From Podarcis melisellensis (lineage: Eukaryota): a stretch of DNA of 64,000 bases. The notes below the pieces were generated by a model. It saw only the letters and a program-made list of their open reading frames with translations, made no database searches and was not told the origin of the DNA. The position numbers and the translations under genes were made by a program. The stretch is from assembly GCA_964234715.1 (NCBI GenBank), contig OZ174280.1; one strand, given 5' to 3'. Below are positions 36,311 through 50,300 of the stretch, piece by piece. The number at the start of each line of letters is the position of its first letter. The stretch's first letter is position 1.

Positions 36311-39300
36311 CTGAAATCCAGCAAAGCAACCAGAAGGAAAACAAGGAGTTCTATAAGAGACTATGGGGCTAAGGCAGGGCGAGGGCGTGAGTAGGAAGCT
36401 AGGACTGTTGACATCTACATGAATACCATCTAACTTTGGACTGGTGTCTCCTGAGGTCTGGCACTTGGCATCTAACAGATAATGACGGTGTTGGGCCAGG
36501 CCAAAGAATTATATATCCATATACACAAGCGTACAAGAGAAAACACTTTTAGAGTGAGTATGCGCCCTTACATTCCCATAGAGGCTATACTTTGCAGCTG
36601 TGCTTAAAAAGTGATGTTGCACAAAATCCCTCCACATCTGAGAAGCTAATGACAAGAGGTATGGAACTGCACACTAATGTATCAGCACAAGACACCACAA
36701 ATCTGCAATTCCTGGTCCTTTTGCATTTTGGGTCATATCTTCAGAATATGGGTATCTTGACCAGCAGGTGGTCTTTATGATAGTGCAAAAACATTTATAT
36801 GGGAGTCCACATCTTTTTCCAGAGTTTAGAGGTCTAGTTGTTTACTGACACAACAAGTACCATTTTCTAGACAAAGAAAACTAACAGAACCATGGTATTT
36901 TAATTGCATACTTTTTAGCAGCAATTTACCCACAGCATTTTTGTAGTCTTCCTGCCACAGGCTCCATTATGACTCTTCTTGAGTTGGTGGTCTATAAAAG
37001 ATCAGACTTACAAAAATGTTGGTCTGTTTCAGCATCCTAGACTCTCACAATCTCGTCTCAGAAAGTGGCCTTCTTATATGCACTGAGCCCTGCATTGTTG
37101 GTGTTAATAAGCAATATCTAGTATCTAGTTTGTCTCATAGCAAGTAGACAGCTCTTGCTCGATCTATAGGCAATTCTTGTAGCAGCTGCCCTGCATGCAA
37201 TATGATGCAGTTTGGGCAGCTTCACAGCAGGGCTGTATATTACAAGAGTCCCCAGTCCTTCTTCCCCAGTTGAGCGGATCAAAATGAACTTTTAACATGG
37301 CTTTTTTGAGTGGGGGTCAAGGTTAACTAATTTATGAAATACTCTTTGCCACTCTTAAAAGTTTATGGTGGATTGAAATGGATATGATTTGGAAGCAAAA
37401 CATGATTTGAAAAGTATATTTTTACTGCTATGAGGCAGCCTAGACAAGGAAGACCCAACTCACCCCAAGTTCAAAGATATTTCCCTCTCTCCCCAACCCC
37501 ATTAGCAGAATATGACTGACCCTTAATATATCCTAATCTTCTAATGAGATCTGAATATATAAGGTCTGAAATAGGGTTTAATTTTACTCATTTGTTTACT
37601 CATTTATTCATTTTATAAACCTGATTTGAATTAGGTCACTAATTTGAGCCCCCAGGATTTTGGTTTGCTCTGTTGAAACCTATAACCTTTTCAATTTTTC
37701 TTTCTTTCTTAATATATTTCAGATATGAACCTTACTGGCAAGGCATCACATAGTATTACCTGTAAAGAGGCCTGTTTGTTTGACAGTATCCCAGCTAATT
37801 CCATCTTTACAGATGCAAACTACAGAGCACAAGGTCTAAATAAAATTTCAGAAATAGTCATATACAGTAAGATGTCTAAGCTCATACGTCCCTTCACTGT
37901 GGCACTGTGCAGCAACAGCATTCAAGCAAGTATAACAGAAAGAGGTCTACATTCAATTAGCCTAAGAAGCACCACATTAACCATCACAGACAAGACCAGA
38001 TGGCAACTAGCAGGACTGTAAGCACACAGAACAAATGCTCAGGCAAAGTAAAGGAAAGCTGGCTGAAAAAAGCACTGCGTCAACTACTATACTGTTTGCT
38101 GTCAAAATACATTGTTTTAAAAGTTTCAGAACTTCAATAAATAATGATGGGGGGGGGAAGCATTGTGGGAAATGTACCCAGAAAGTCGGGGCCTCGGATG
38201 ATGCAATACATTAGCACATCTGGTGAATGGCTCACATAAGACCAAATTTTCAGGTTTGGGTCAGGCCAGGCCAGGCATCGGCGATATATAGCTTAACATG
38301 CTGTGCTTTTCTGGTTAATGATCTGGATGGAAGCTAGTCTGATATGTGAATGTGCCTAACTAGGGATTTGCTTTCCCCAGGGTTAATAACCACATGAGGA
38401 TTAATTGGGAAAACTCTTTTCTTTCTTAATCCAAATAGCAAATTTATGATAACAGAATCAAGTATGACTCTAGGGTGGCTTGAGCAGGAGCTAAACTCCC
38501 CCCCCCCTCTCTCTTCCCCTCCCCCACCCCGGGTTCATTGGATCTCCTAAGTGGCCTTAGACCAGCCACTTTTTCTCAGTTTCAGCCCTCCACCACCAAC
38601 AATGCAGGGAATCTACATTGCTGGAATCTTAGTTATCCCTACATTACTAAAATATTAGCAATACTATTTTTTTTAAATCAGCATGAAAAAGATATAAAGT
38701 GAACAACTGCCACCCACTTACAAATCTGCACAGAGATTCAGCCAACCTAGCCAATGATCCAACACAGTAGGCAAAGGCAACTGGGACTTTTGCAAATTCC
38801 ACATTCTCTTGCTGTTCCTAGGACATCTATCAATCAACAGTCTTTTGTAGTACATGAGAATATCCCCAGAGGAAATACTACCTGACATAAGTATGAAGAT
38901 CTGTCACCAGTACCTTGTTCAGCTGGTATAGAATTGAATTCATGCATCTTTGCCCCAAAAGTTGTGATAATCCTACAACTATTTTCTTAATATGCCCAAG
39001 GCCTATGTAATTATAATTTATATAGATCCAAGAGGTTCGAGCGGCTTACAAATAACAATTTAAATAGTCACCAATAACTTAATGCAAATCAAGACTATAA
39101 ACCCAAAATTATATAACAGAGTATAAAAGGACATTTGAAAAACCAACAACCAGGATACCATAAGAAGATAGTAATTCAAATGTAAGTTTAACTTTAAAAA
39201 CCTTAACACTTTTAACTTGGCCAATGAAAACCTTTCAAAAATGTTAAAAGCATACAAAATTGGGTTCCAGGGGGCTTGGTGACCATCAAGCCACACTCGG

Positions 39301-40819
39301 GAACTTCCTGAACTTACCTGGTGGGCAGGTGTTACTTTCAGTACCCTATCCCTAACTAATGTTAAGGGCTTTGGGAAAAGACATTCCTCAGGCAACTAGG
39401 ACCCCAAATAATGTCTAGAGATAGCACAAATTCACCCCAATAATTCTCATTCAAAATTCCTGGAAAACTACTACAGGCAGTTGAACAATTTTCGTTGAAG
39501 GGAGAAATGCACATCACCACTGAGATTTGGCATTCAAAGCTCACCTTTCCCCACCATAAATCCAACACTGATTTATAAATTTATGTTTACACATCCAAGT
39601 TAAGAATCAAGTAGATCCCTTGTGGAGTACACTGCAGCAGGATAGAGGGGACCCAGAATCTTTAAGGCCTTTCCTGGATGCCCTTTCCGTCTCCAATGAC
39701 TACCCGCTAGCTCTCTCCCTTTGATTTAAGAGTTCCTCTCGTGGCCCTGACAGTAAGGTATTTCTGTCCCACAGATTATAACTCACTCTGGGCTATTATT
39801 CAACTCCCAAGCCCTGGCCCTGCTGCATTTAGTCCAAACATAATATCCTTCATGCATATATTATCTGTCTCCCTATTATCTGGAATCATTTCGGAATTAA
39901 ATTTCAGTCCTGCAATATTGGCTCGAAGAGCGGCTCGCTTTATGGGCTAGTCAAAGGTTAGAATACCAATCAAAATAACATTGCCGATGCAGCGAGACAT
40001 TTTAATATTCCAAAACCCGGTAATTGTAAAAGGACATAATATTTTTTCCCTGATTACCCCAAAGGCAACACATGTTAACAAGGCGAGGGAGAGAGTGAAA
40101 GGATTTCCAGAGTTCAAGACAGCTGTGTGACAGATTTAAAGGCAAAGTAGTAGAAAGCTGGCCCCATGCAGCCTTCCAGGAGGGAGGGAGGAAGAAGCAC
40201 ACCTGCCCCTATTGATCAGATCAATGAACCCAGTGTCTCTCTCTCTGCGATTGGCTAGTTACCAGTATCATTTGAGCTATCACATGACTGTCAAGCTGAT
40301 CGCATGTGCTTCGGAAAGCTGCTGGGCTAAAGGAAAAGTCATTACATAAGATAACAACCCACAAAATGGCACAATGAAAATTACTAATTCAAGTCCAGGA
40401 AGTGCTGGAAGTTAGAAAGCAGGCAATAAGATAACCATGGCAAGCGTCGTGTTATGATTTCTGTCAGCAACAACAACAAACATTCTGACCCTACTCCTGT
40501 AGTCCCTTTCGTTTTTAGGATCAGCCTCTGAATTAGGCATATGTTTTAATGTTAAGGAAATGCTTCAGATCAAATGTTGCTTAGCTTAGTAATTTGCCAT
40601 GCAAAAACTAATTATTTCCACTATCTGGGTCACTTTGGGCCTTCAGTAAATTTATGTGAACCTAATGTCAATCCTGTTTGACCAGACAAACGATCCACCT
40701 AGCCCTATGTCCCATCCTTGACAAAAGCCAAATAAAGATGCTTGAAGAAATATATAGCAGCAGTCCATTCTTGGTCATCCACTCCCAATCACCAGTTTTA
40801 AAGTTTAGAGACATCCTAA

Positions 40820-41100
40820 ATATTAGAATAGATGCCCTGAGCATGCTAATAAAGAGCTATTGATATTCTTATCTTCCATTAATTCGTCTAAGGGGTTTTA
40901 TTATTATTGCCCAGCTGTACTGATAGCAGAGAGTTCCACAAATAAACTGAGGGTTGTGTGAAAATAGTTTATGTGCTTGTTTTAAACCACCTGCTTGTTA
41001 ATTTCATTGGAGGTTCACTGGTTGCAGTAACTACTTGAAAGGGTAAAAGGTCTGTTTCCTGGCTACTCTTTCTACTCCACTCACGGTTTTATATACTTCT
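40820..41100 (-). mobile_element. Old CR1 ORF2 C-terminal fragment
   Basis: GAGTTCCACAAATAAACT..GTTGTGTGAAAATAG is reverse-complementary to the motif TACTTCTTCACACAA..ATAGTTAA..TGGAA seen at about 47070-47100 and 53620-53660. Confidence 0.55.
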
Positions 41101-41442
41101 GCTTAGAAAAGTAATAGATGAGAGTGGGTATTACGGGAAAGTCCAGATATTTAACCCTTCCTCATATATGTAAGGTAGTGCATACCTTGATGGTATTTTT
41201 CTGCTCGTCTGGAGGTGGAATCCAATGCTGCAGAAACAGCCTTCAACTTGTGCAACAGGACTTCACCTTTTTCTCCCTCACATACCCACAAAATTTACTC
41301 CTTGGGATCCCACACCTTCTAAAACAGATTTTGAGGGCATGTAGAGGACTGTAGGAAGGAGAAGGCCATGTCCCATTATGTGAACACAAGTTCATTCTGC
41401 TTGCACCCAGACAGCACTGAATATAACCCTCTATTCCTCTTC

Positions 41443-41930
41443 TCAATTACTTGGGTCTTCCTTTCCCCCCTTTTTGAAGATGGGGGCAACATTTGCCTGC
41501 CTCCAATCTGTAGGGACCTCACCTGTTCTCCAATAATTCTCAAAGATAATAGACAAAGGCTCTGAAATTACATCCACAAACTCCTTTAGTATCCTTGGAT
41601 ACAGCTCATTAGGCTCTGGAGATCTGAATTCATTTTAAATAGCTAGGTGTTCCCTTACTACCTCTTTTCCTATCTTGGGCTACAGCTCCCTCATTACATC
41701 ATTCTGTTATCACCAGGTTGGACAGCACTTTCCTTTTGGGTGAAGACAGAGGCAAAGTAGGTGTTGAGTAGTTCCGCCTTTTCTCTGTCACCCAATAGCA
41801 TTTTTCCATGTTTCCCACACAGAGGATCTACCACTTGCTTGCTCTTACTTCGGACATAGTCAAAGAAACCTTTTTTTATTATTTTTAACCTCTCTTGCAA
41901 GCCTGAGCTCATTCTGAGCTTTAGCCAGCC
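41443..41930 (-). mobile_element. CR1 LINE ORF2 internal fragment
   Basis: Reads KKGFFDYVRSK...DREKAELLNTYFASVFT, then YPRILKEFVDVISEPLSIIFENYWRTGEVPTDWRQANVAPIFKKGGKEDPSN: canonical CR1 ORF2 motifs just before the RT domain. Confidence 0.95.
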
Positions 41931-41989
41931 TGAATTTCCCCAATGTGCCAATGTGCAATTCATCCATGTAGCCTACAAACTGTGCTAAG

Positions 41990-41990
<1 letters not shown>

Positions 41991-42021
<31 letters not shown>
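41991..42021. repeat. (CA)n microsatellite
   Basis: Direct reading. Confidence 0.98.
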
Positions 42022-42023
<2 letters not shown>

Positions 42024-44081
42024 AGCAGAAAGAAAACAATGTCAGTTAATATTAACAATAAGAATACTCCATAAAATATAATTTAAACATATGGATTAAT
42101 ATAAAATGCCCATATGTCTGAACAGATATCCAAACAAGACTGGAAATTATAAGATATATGTTCAAATGTAAAAAAGGCAGTATGATCTTCAGATCACTGA
42201 GTAATGAGTGGTGGGTCTTTAACCTTCCAATCTTGAATACAAATCTCTTTGCAACTATAGGGGGTCAAAGGATTGACTTTCGTTGTACATCTGTTAGTTA
42301 CCACATCACAGAAATATAATTTAGAAGTGCATAAGTATAAAAAAATATCAAGGCTTTTTCCAAAGAAAAGTAAATACGAAAAACAATTTCTGACCAAAAA
42401 GGCACCACAGGACACACCCTCATCATAAACCTAAAAGAAGTATTATCAGCATTACATCACCAGGATGTATCTGAATGGGTTAGCTGTATATCACTAAGGT
42501 TTTAACAGATCAGTGAACCACACAATTGTGCAGAGCATGAATGCAATTCATCAATGAGGTTGCTGGACTAGAGTCTACATGTGATAAAAATGCATTCGGT
42601 TCTGCGTTTGGTACTAAAGTTGAAATTGGCAACACTGCACCATCATCGTGTGACATACCAGATGGACTCTGGCCCAGCAACCTCATTAGCTAATGCACCC
42701 ATATGCTCACAGATATACATATACACAGTTATTCATACACCCATAAGGTTTATGAGGTACAATGCATGCAACATTGCACCCCTGCTTCCTGCCTTCTGCC
42801 ACAATGGAGACCCAAACAGCACAGATTGCCCAGGATGACAATAAAAGCTATTTTGCTTTGTTTCCATAAGAGCATCCCTTTTGCTCCTTGTTAAGTCTTA
42901 ATCAAAGTTATTTTATTACACAGCCTAAGGAGCTGCACCTTCTTGTTGGGCAACTACTGCTACTAATCGTTTATATAGTACCATCAATGCTCATGGCATA
43001 TTCCAGATCAAAGTGAGAGAGATGGATCCCTGTTCTAAAGAGTTTACAGCATAAAATTCAGTGGTAAAATGCAGCTGTCTGACCCAACTGAGCAGAAGTC
43101 TTAGCAGACAGATATTTGGAGACGGGTGCTTATCACATAGCTACATATGGCATCCCTCCTCCTTGTAACTATGAGGGAGCAAGCAGTTTTGTGGTTACAG
43201 GCCCTCAATGTCCAAAAGACAAATTGAAATGCATGTTATATTTAAGCTTTGCAGCATAGCAAATTGCTCTTCTGTAGTAGGCTTTCCCCATATGTATCTA
43301 CCCTTTCCCCATAGACCCTCTACAGTTCCAGCATTTGTCAGTCCCACTACTGCTTCCTCCATCCTGGCCTGCAAGCACCCTTAGCTCTTCCAAACTTGGA
43401 TATCACCATCTGAGACACAGTATCCTTCTTAAAATACCTTAATTTTGATCCACAGACCTCTGCTGCTCATAAAGACAGCGTTTGACAGCTGCAGAAGGGA
43501 AGCCAGTCAACAGCACTCAACCACTATCTCAATGGCTGCCCATTGAGAAGGTTTAAGGGGAGATCTGATATATAAGAACATTCTAATAAAATCCATATCC
43601 CCCGGTAGCCCCCGCCAATACAGATCTAGTCAAGGCAAAGAGCACAATAAACTCCCTGCCCTAAGTCCTAACTAAACTGACAGTTCATGAAGGATACAAG
43701 ATCGCTCAGTGACATTAAAAATGTCAGCAAGAGGCCGATGCGGTTTGGCAGACGGGAAGCATTTGCAGGCAGGGGAAAGTAAAACCTGTGACAACGCATC
43801 CAGCTATAAGCAGGGCTTGTTCTCATTGCTGCTGATTTCTACCCACCCTAAGGTCTTGCATTTATCCAGCCCCTGCATCCATGTATAAGGCTATTGTTAA
43901 AGTATACGGGGGGAGACGGGACCTTTTACATTCAACCTGTTTCTGAACTTGCAACGAAGTCTAAGAATGCCTTCCAATTCCTACTGGAGTGGCTTTCCTA
44001 GCTTACACATCCAAGATGGGATGGCTTAAAACCATCTGAAAATCCTGCTAGCAACCAATCAGTATCAAGGACCTAACATGG

Positions 44082-44168
44082 GGTGGTAGTTAACCAAGTT
44101 TTACCAAGTTCATCAAGTTATTTAATTTCAATGGGTCTACTCTAAATAAAACTTAGTTGAATACCACC
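44082..44168. mobile_element. Small palindromic MITE
   Basis: Arms GGTGGTAGTTAACCAAGTTTTA / TAAAACTTAGTTGAATACCACC match 19/22 as inverted repeats. Confidence 0.7.
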
Positions 44169-46558
44169 TGTTATTTCTAAAGTGCTGTGAAATTTTTTTT
44201 GCCTAGGGTTGGAGATTTTTCAAGCTTGAGGCTGAAACACTCCTGTCTCTAGGCAGTTTGGAAAATATGGGGGCCGAGCACTTAGACCATTTCTGTTCTT
44301 TCCACATTTTGCAGAACAAGTGAGCTTCTATTTCCTTCTGACAAAGCCAAGTATGGGTCACCACACTTGACAAGAGAGTGAGTGGTTTTCTAAGTGATGT
44401 TAACCCCGATCTTGTCTGTTTTATCTACATGAGCCCTGATCTCTACTGCTCTACTGATCCTCTGTCCTGGGGTTTCATGCTGCTCCCATTCCTGCCATAC
44501 TGAAGCATCATGAATTCTGATCAAACATCAGCACCATGAAGCTATTCCCTGAAAGAGACATAAAATTTCCCTGTGCCTGCATGTCAAAATGGATTATACA
44601 TAATAAAGAAAGCAGGCTTCTAACAGTCTGAACCCGATAGCCCAAAATGATAGCAAAAAAGACATAATGTATTGTCCCAAGGGCAGGAGGTGCAACACAG
44701 CTAAGGGTTTCAGCCAGCTAATATCAAACATCACCACGCAGAGCGATTTGACTTTTTTGTATGTCCATCAACCTGCTGGTTATATCACTGCTATCCATTC
44801 ACCAGAAGTTTAGTGAACTTCAAATGGCGATCATTAATGGTCACTGAACTGCACAACGCCCCAATGTGCTTTCAGATTGCATTTGCAAAAGCCCAGCAAT
44901 AAGGCAAGAGATTTGCTCTGACAGCAGGAAACCCTTGTCAAGCTCAGTAAGGAACATGCTGCCAGCCTCCCCCTTGTTACATTCAGGCCCTACCCTGATT
45001 TGACAGAACAGAAAATGCTTTTTTTATTTTATTTTTTAAAAAAACTATTACCATTCAGAATGCCACTCTTGCTTTCACTTTATTTTTTTAAAAAATAGGC
45101 AAAACAAAATAGGAAGAGCCAAATTACGCGAGCATTTCATAAAGCAAGCTCCTACATATGGTTTGAAAATACAAAGCTGCTGAATTCAGTGGCACCACTC
45201 ATGCCATTCATTAACAGAATACAGAAACTGTTTAAAGCATTGTAACATTTCCTTGCACAACACTGGGTTTGACTTTTTTGCACCAATTGCCTGTATCCAC
45301 TTCCTAACTGTCTCCTTATCAACACGGGGGTTGGGGGACGGCCTTTTCCATGTATGCAATTCTCTTGTATGCTGGGGGAGGGGGGGTCTCTAGAGAAATA
45401 CAAAATGCCTGAGTAGTTAATCCATTAGGTTTGAACGAACGAGAGAGGTATCTGTGCTTAAAGCTCCGGTGGTCATACTGCTAAGCAGTTTGGGTCACAT
45501 AATTTGGAGCAGGGGAGTTGTTTTTTTAAAGGTTTGTACGAAGCAGAAAGTCTTAAGCAGGTTATTTTTCTATGCACTTTCCAGACCTTTAGCACTGAGA
45601 AACAGCTGGCTAATATTCACTGGCGGGCAGGGGGAGGTGAGAGGGAGAGAGACTTAGAAGCCCGGGTGGGGGGTGGAGCAGACTTGGATATGCTCCAGCT
45701 GACCCAGCCTTTCCCAGAGAGAGGCTGAGTTATTATGCATAGAGGTGCTGTGTTAGGGTGGCCACAATGGGATTCTCCTCAGCTGCAGACCATATTCCAT
45801 CAAGTACAGTAAGACTCTATTAGGGGAGATACAATAGGAACTTCGCTTCACCCGGCCTCTGAGAAAATAACTCCTCATTTCAATGCAAAACAGCCGTGCT
45901 TATTAAATACCTCCTTGAAGGAGCCAAGGAAGGGAGAAGGGGAAATGAAGAGGCAGCCAAGGGGTGGTGGGGAAAGGGAGACTTGCAATGAAAGTACCTT
46001 TTTGAGATTAATCCACTGTTTGAAGTAATCAGCAACTGGAAGCCCTAAGTATTGGCATTGTCCAGGTAACCTGTAAGAGAGGAGAGAGAACAGGTTGGAT
46101 TCCACTGGAGGAGCCTGACATCACAAAATAAACTTTATTAAACACTTCTGGTTTTGAGAAAGAGGATAGAATAAAATGCTCTAGCCTGCATTTCAGAATG
46201 GTCCCACACATTTGACAGAGGCCACTCAAACACAGGAGCCCAACCCAAACCCAAGCTTGGGATAGCTAGACAACAGGCATTATACATCCAAGATGCTAGA
46301 CATTTTCATTGAGGACTTAGAAGTTGGCAATATGTCGCTCGAATTTCACATGCAACCCATGAACATAGCAGTCATTTTTAAAAGGTGTGTAGGCCTGGTT
46401 AGATAAAACCAATCATCTTCAACTAGTGGTTAGTTCCATAAGAAGATTAGCAAAGTAGCTCAGTATGTTCTGGTGAGCCCATGGACATATGACTTTAGGC
46501 ACATGCCTTTCTTTGGTTGTTCCCACCTATGTTTATGCACTCAAGAACAGTCAACTGT

Positions 46559-46860
46559 GGCTGTATTCGCATGTAACACTAAGCCATGGTTTGCTTTAAA
46601 CAACCCATAAATTATTTCACAAATAAACAAACAACCCATAGTTTGCTTCCCCCAAGCTTGGTATGTTTTTCCAGCCATTCTTGCCTCATGACTCTCTAAT
46701 TCGGAAATGTCTGGGGTGGACAAACAAGCCATGGTTAAGCTTTTGGTTTGGCACTCTGCCCGAACCCATAGTTAAAACAAGCCATGATTCATAAGCCAAC
46801 AACAAACCATAGCTTCACATCACAGTTTTTGTCAGAAAGTAAACCATAGTTAGTCTTCCA
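46559..46860. mobile_element. Old non-autonomous DNA element, probably PIF/Harbinger-like
   Basis: Multiple AAGCCATGGTT/AAACCATAG motifs. Related to 7195-7440 and 61830-62150. Confidence 0.45.
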
Positions 46861-47362
46861 GATGATCAAGGGACTGGAGCAATTCCCCTAAAATGAAAGG
46901 AGGCACCATTTGGGATTTTTTTAAGCTTACAGATAAGGCGAGAGAGCGGGAACATAATAGAGATGTTTAAAATTATGCATAGTGTAAAGAAAGTGGACAG
47001 TAAGAGGCTTTTGTCCTTCTCCTATAGTACTAGAATTCCCAGCCATACTGTGAACAACAGACAAAAGGAAGTATATCTATACACATAGTTAAACTATGGA
47101 ATTTGCTCCCATAAGATGTAGTGATGACCACTAACTTGTACAGCTTTAAAAGAGTAGATAAAACCATGGAGGATAAGGCTAACAAAGGCTACTAGTTCTA
47201 CATCCACTGTAGGTGGCTTATGTTTCTGAATGCCATTTGCTGGGAAATCCCATGTAAGGAGAGCACTTGGGGGCTTCACATAGGCGCCTGGCTGGCCACT
47301 GTGAGAACAGAATGCTTGACCAGATGGGCCTTTGATCTGGTCTATTGGAGTTCTTATGTTTC
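46861..47362 (+). mobile_element. CR1 LINE 3' fragment
   Basis: Starts GATGATCAAGGGACTGGAG (compare CR1 at 59659-59680), runs through decayed C-terminal ORF2 and 3' UTR to GTTCTTATGTT. Confidence 0.8.
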
Positions 47363-50300
47363 TGTATAATTAGTTGATGGTATCCAATTTTAAATGTTTA
47401 CATGGTTTTACTATATATATATGTATGGCTGTTATAAACCGGCTTTGACTTTTTTATGAATAGCGGTATACAAATATTTTAACAAATATTTCATGTTCTT
47501 ATGAACTCAAGTTGTAATAGATGGGTGACACAACAAGGCATTGTCTTTGCCAAACTATGCACCCATAAATTATGCCGGTGCTTGCAGCTGGACCCAAAGA
47601 TGCCAAGATTACCAGAAGTAGGCACACAGAACATGTGGTAAACAGCCAAGACATACCTAGGAGATCACAAACCATCCTCACATTTCTATTCTGCTGTAAC
47701 AACAATCATCAGAAAGTTATCAGCAAGAGAGTTATCAATACATTGGCAAAACTAGCTAGGGAACTAAGGACTATATCATAGCTCTACAATCTCTCCCATA
47801 GTAAGAACTTGTGTTCCCCAGACAGCAGGCATGTCCTAAGCCCCACAACTCCCCCCCCCCCTTCTGCTACTGGAGGGGCAAAGAATAGGCATTGTGTCCA
47901 TTATCTTGGAATGTAGATTCATTTGTTCCCAATCAATTTGATTGATATGGGGTAGTTAACAGGTCATAATGCTTATTAATGCTTTGCTAAAGATTTTTAG
48001 AGATGCCCTGAATGCTGGATGGGGTATGAATTAGGCGAACACAGGAAAGACCCAAAATTAATTAAATAAGTGATTAATAGATCCATTTACACATGGTAAT
48101 TACTGCAATCCAAGCAATTGGATATGCAAATTAGGCATGCACTTTGTACCCAGCACTTTGTTGTAAACTCCTACAAAGAAAGAAGGGGTTGGACAGGGCA
48201 GGGCAGTGCAGTGCTGGTTCCCTGGTGTTCATAGTGTTGCCTCTAAGGGAGCACAATTCAGTGGATCTAGAAACAAGACTTTCACCTACTGTCCGCATCT
48301 AGACCTCAATAACATCTTCCCATACACACATGCTATACTTCGACATAAACATAAGAGTTCTGGGGCAAACTGCTTCCAAACAGAAGTTTTGTAAGGGTCC
48401 AAGTTATCCTTATCTTGAAGTACACACAATTTTGTTACTTTTCCTTCTCAAATAAAAATACTAAAAAGTATGAGCTAGCAAACTATTGCCTTCTAAACTC
48501 ATACATGTGAATCCAGACTGCCTTTGTAAGTACAACTTCACAGTTTAAAGAAGCTACTTCAATAAGGTTATTATTATTATTGGTGACAACCTGTCGTGAT
48601 AGTTACTGTATATACCACCTCCAGGATCAGAGGCAGCATTCTTGTTTTAACTGCTTGTAATATTGTATTTTAAAATTGTGGTATCCAACCTCTGTGAAGA
48701 GAGAGTAAGAAAAATAAATAAGTAATTAATGTCACTGAACACCAGTTGCTAGAGACCAACCACACAAGAGGGGTCTTGTCCTGATGTTGTCCATGAAGAC
48801 TTCCCAGTGTTTGATTGGCTACTGCAGGAAATGCTGACTAGCTAAGCCTTTGGTTTGGTCCAGCAGGGCTCTTATCTCTATCATCTTTTTTGCAATAATA
48901 AAAGAATTACACAGATATATTCAACCCCAAAACAAGAGACTAGCTGCTCTTCATGATCTCCAACATGACTTTCATTGGTAGGAAGAGCTTCTCTCTTGAG
49001 GCCTGGATGGCTTAAAGGACAGGCTTCATTTGCCACTGTGTATTCCAAATTCCTACATTATGTTCTGCAGTAGGAAAAAAAGTTCAGCTGTAACCTAAAT
49101 ACTGTATGTGTCTAAAGAATCTGAATTTTATACATCCTGCTAGCCATGTAAGAGAAACACACACCCCTGACCACTGAACATCCTATTCACTCTTCTTATA
49201 TTTCACTCCTGCACATTTTAATTTTCCTCCCAGAGCCATAAAACTGAGAAAATTAAATTTAAAAACTAGAGAGATTTGTGTCAAATTCTAGCCCAGTATA
49301 ATGTGAGGGAAGGCTTCTAAAATACACAGGGCAGTCTGACTGGCTGCAGAGGAGAATGATACGCAGATGGAGACAAAATCATGCAGCCCTCTTTCTTCCT
49401 TTGAAGCCAACTCTCCTTTCTTTCAACCAGGAAAGAAGAGCCCAGCTTGGCAGTGATAAACAGCCATGCTTTGGTTATCGCTTTCCTTAAGTTGAGGAGA
49501 GGCAGCTAGTGATGGATGGACAGGAATTTGGTTATCAGGCAGGGCTGTCAGCCAGAGTTGCAGATAGCGCACACACATTTAGCAGGGCATCATTATGCAA
49601 TGGCATGGAGCTAAAATATGGCCAAGGGTATTGAAAGAATGAAAGAACAGGATTTAGAAAAAACTAGCAAATTGAGCAACAATAAAGGAGCGCAAGGCGA
49701 GGACGTTATCGTCCTAGTGACACCTTTTATCTCAGTCTGGTTAGCGAGAGAAGGGCACAAATTGGTCCTTCCTCCACCATTGTATCCTCTTGTACAAACA
49801 GAGGCAGATAAAATGTGTCACCAATGTGATAGCATATCAATTTAACCCTAATTATCCAGTGGGTCACGCTAAGAAATAAGGGTTTCTCATTTCAACAGGT
49901 CCCTCGGTTTCTGCTATGGAGGAGCCACATTAATAACACAGGGGGGAAGGGGGGGCAACGAGAAAAGGAGGGAGCCTGTAATTGAATTCAGTCACTCAGG
50001 TGGTCCTAGTGTATAAAAAATTAATGTACAACTCTCCCAACTAATCAGAGGCGGTTAATGTCCATCTGCTTCTGGGTTCAGAAAGTCAGAAGCCCAAGAA
50101 AATAGGGCCATTTCCTACATGCTGGATTCATTGATACTGAGCTGGCTTTTTAAAGAGTCTCCTCCTTTGGAAAAGATATGGGGAACATTAAATCTTGATA
50201 TTTATAGACCCAGTCAGGAGGCATTAATAGAACCTCATATGCTGTCATGTTCTGAAAATATACAGAAAGCTTTGTCACCACTGCTTCAGTGAAGGCCTTT

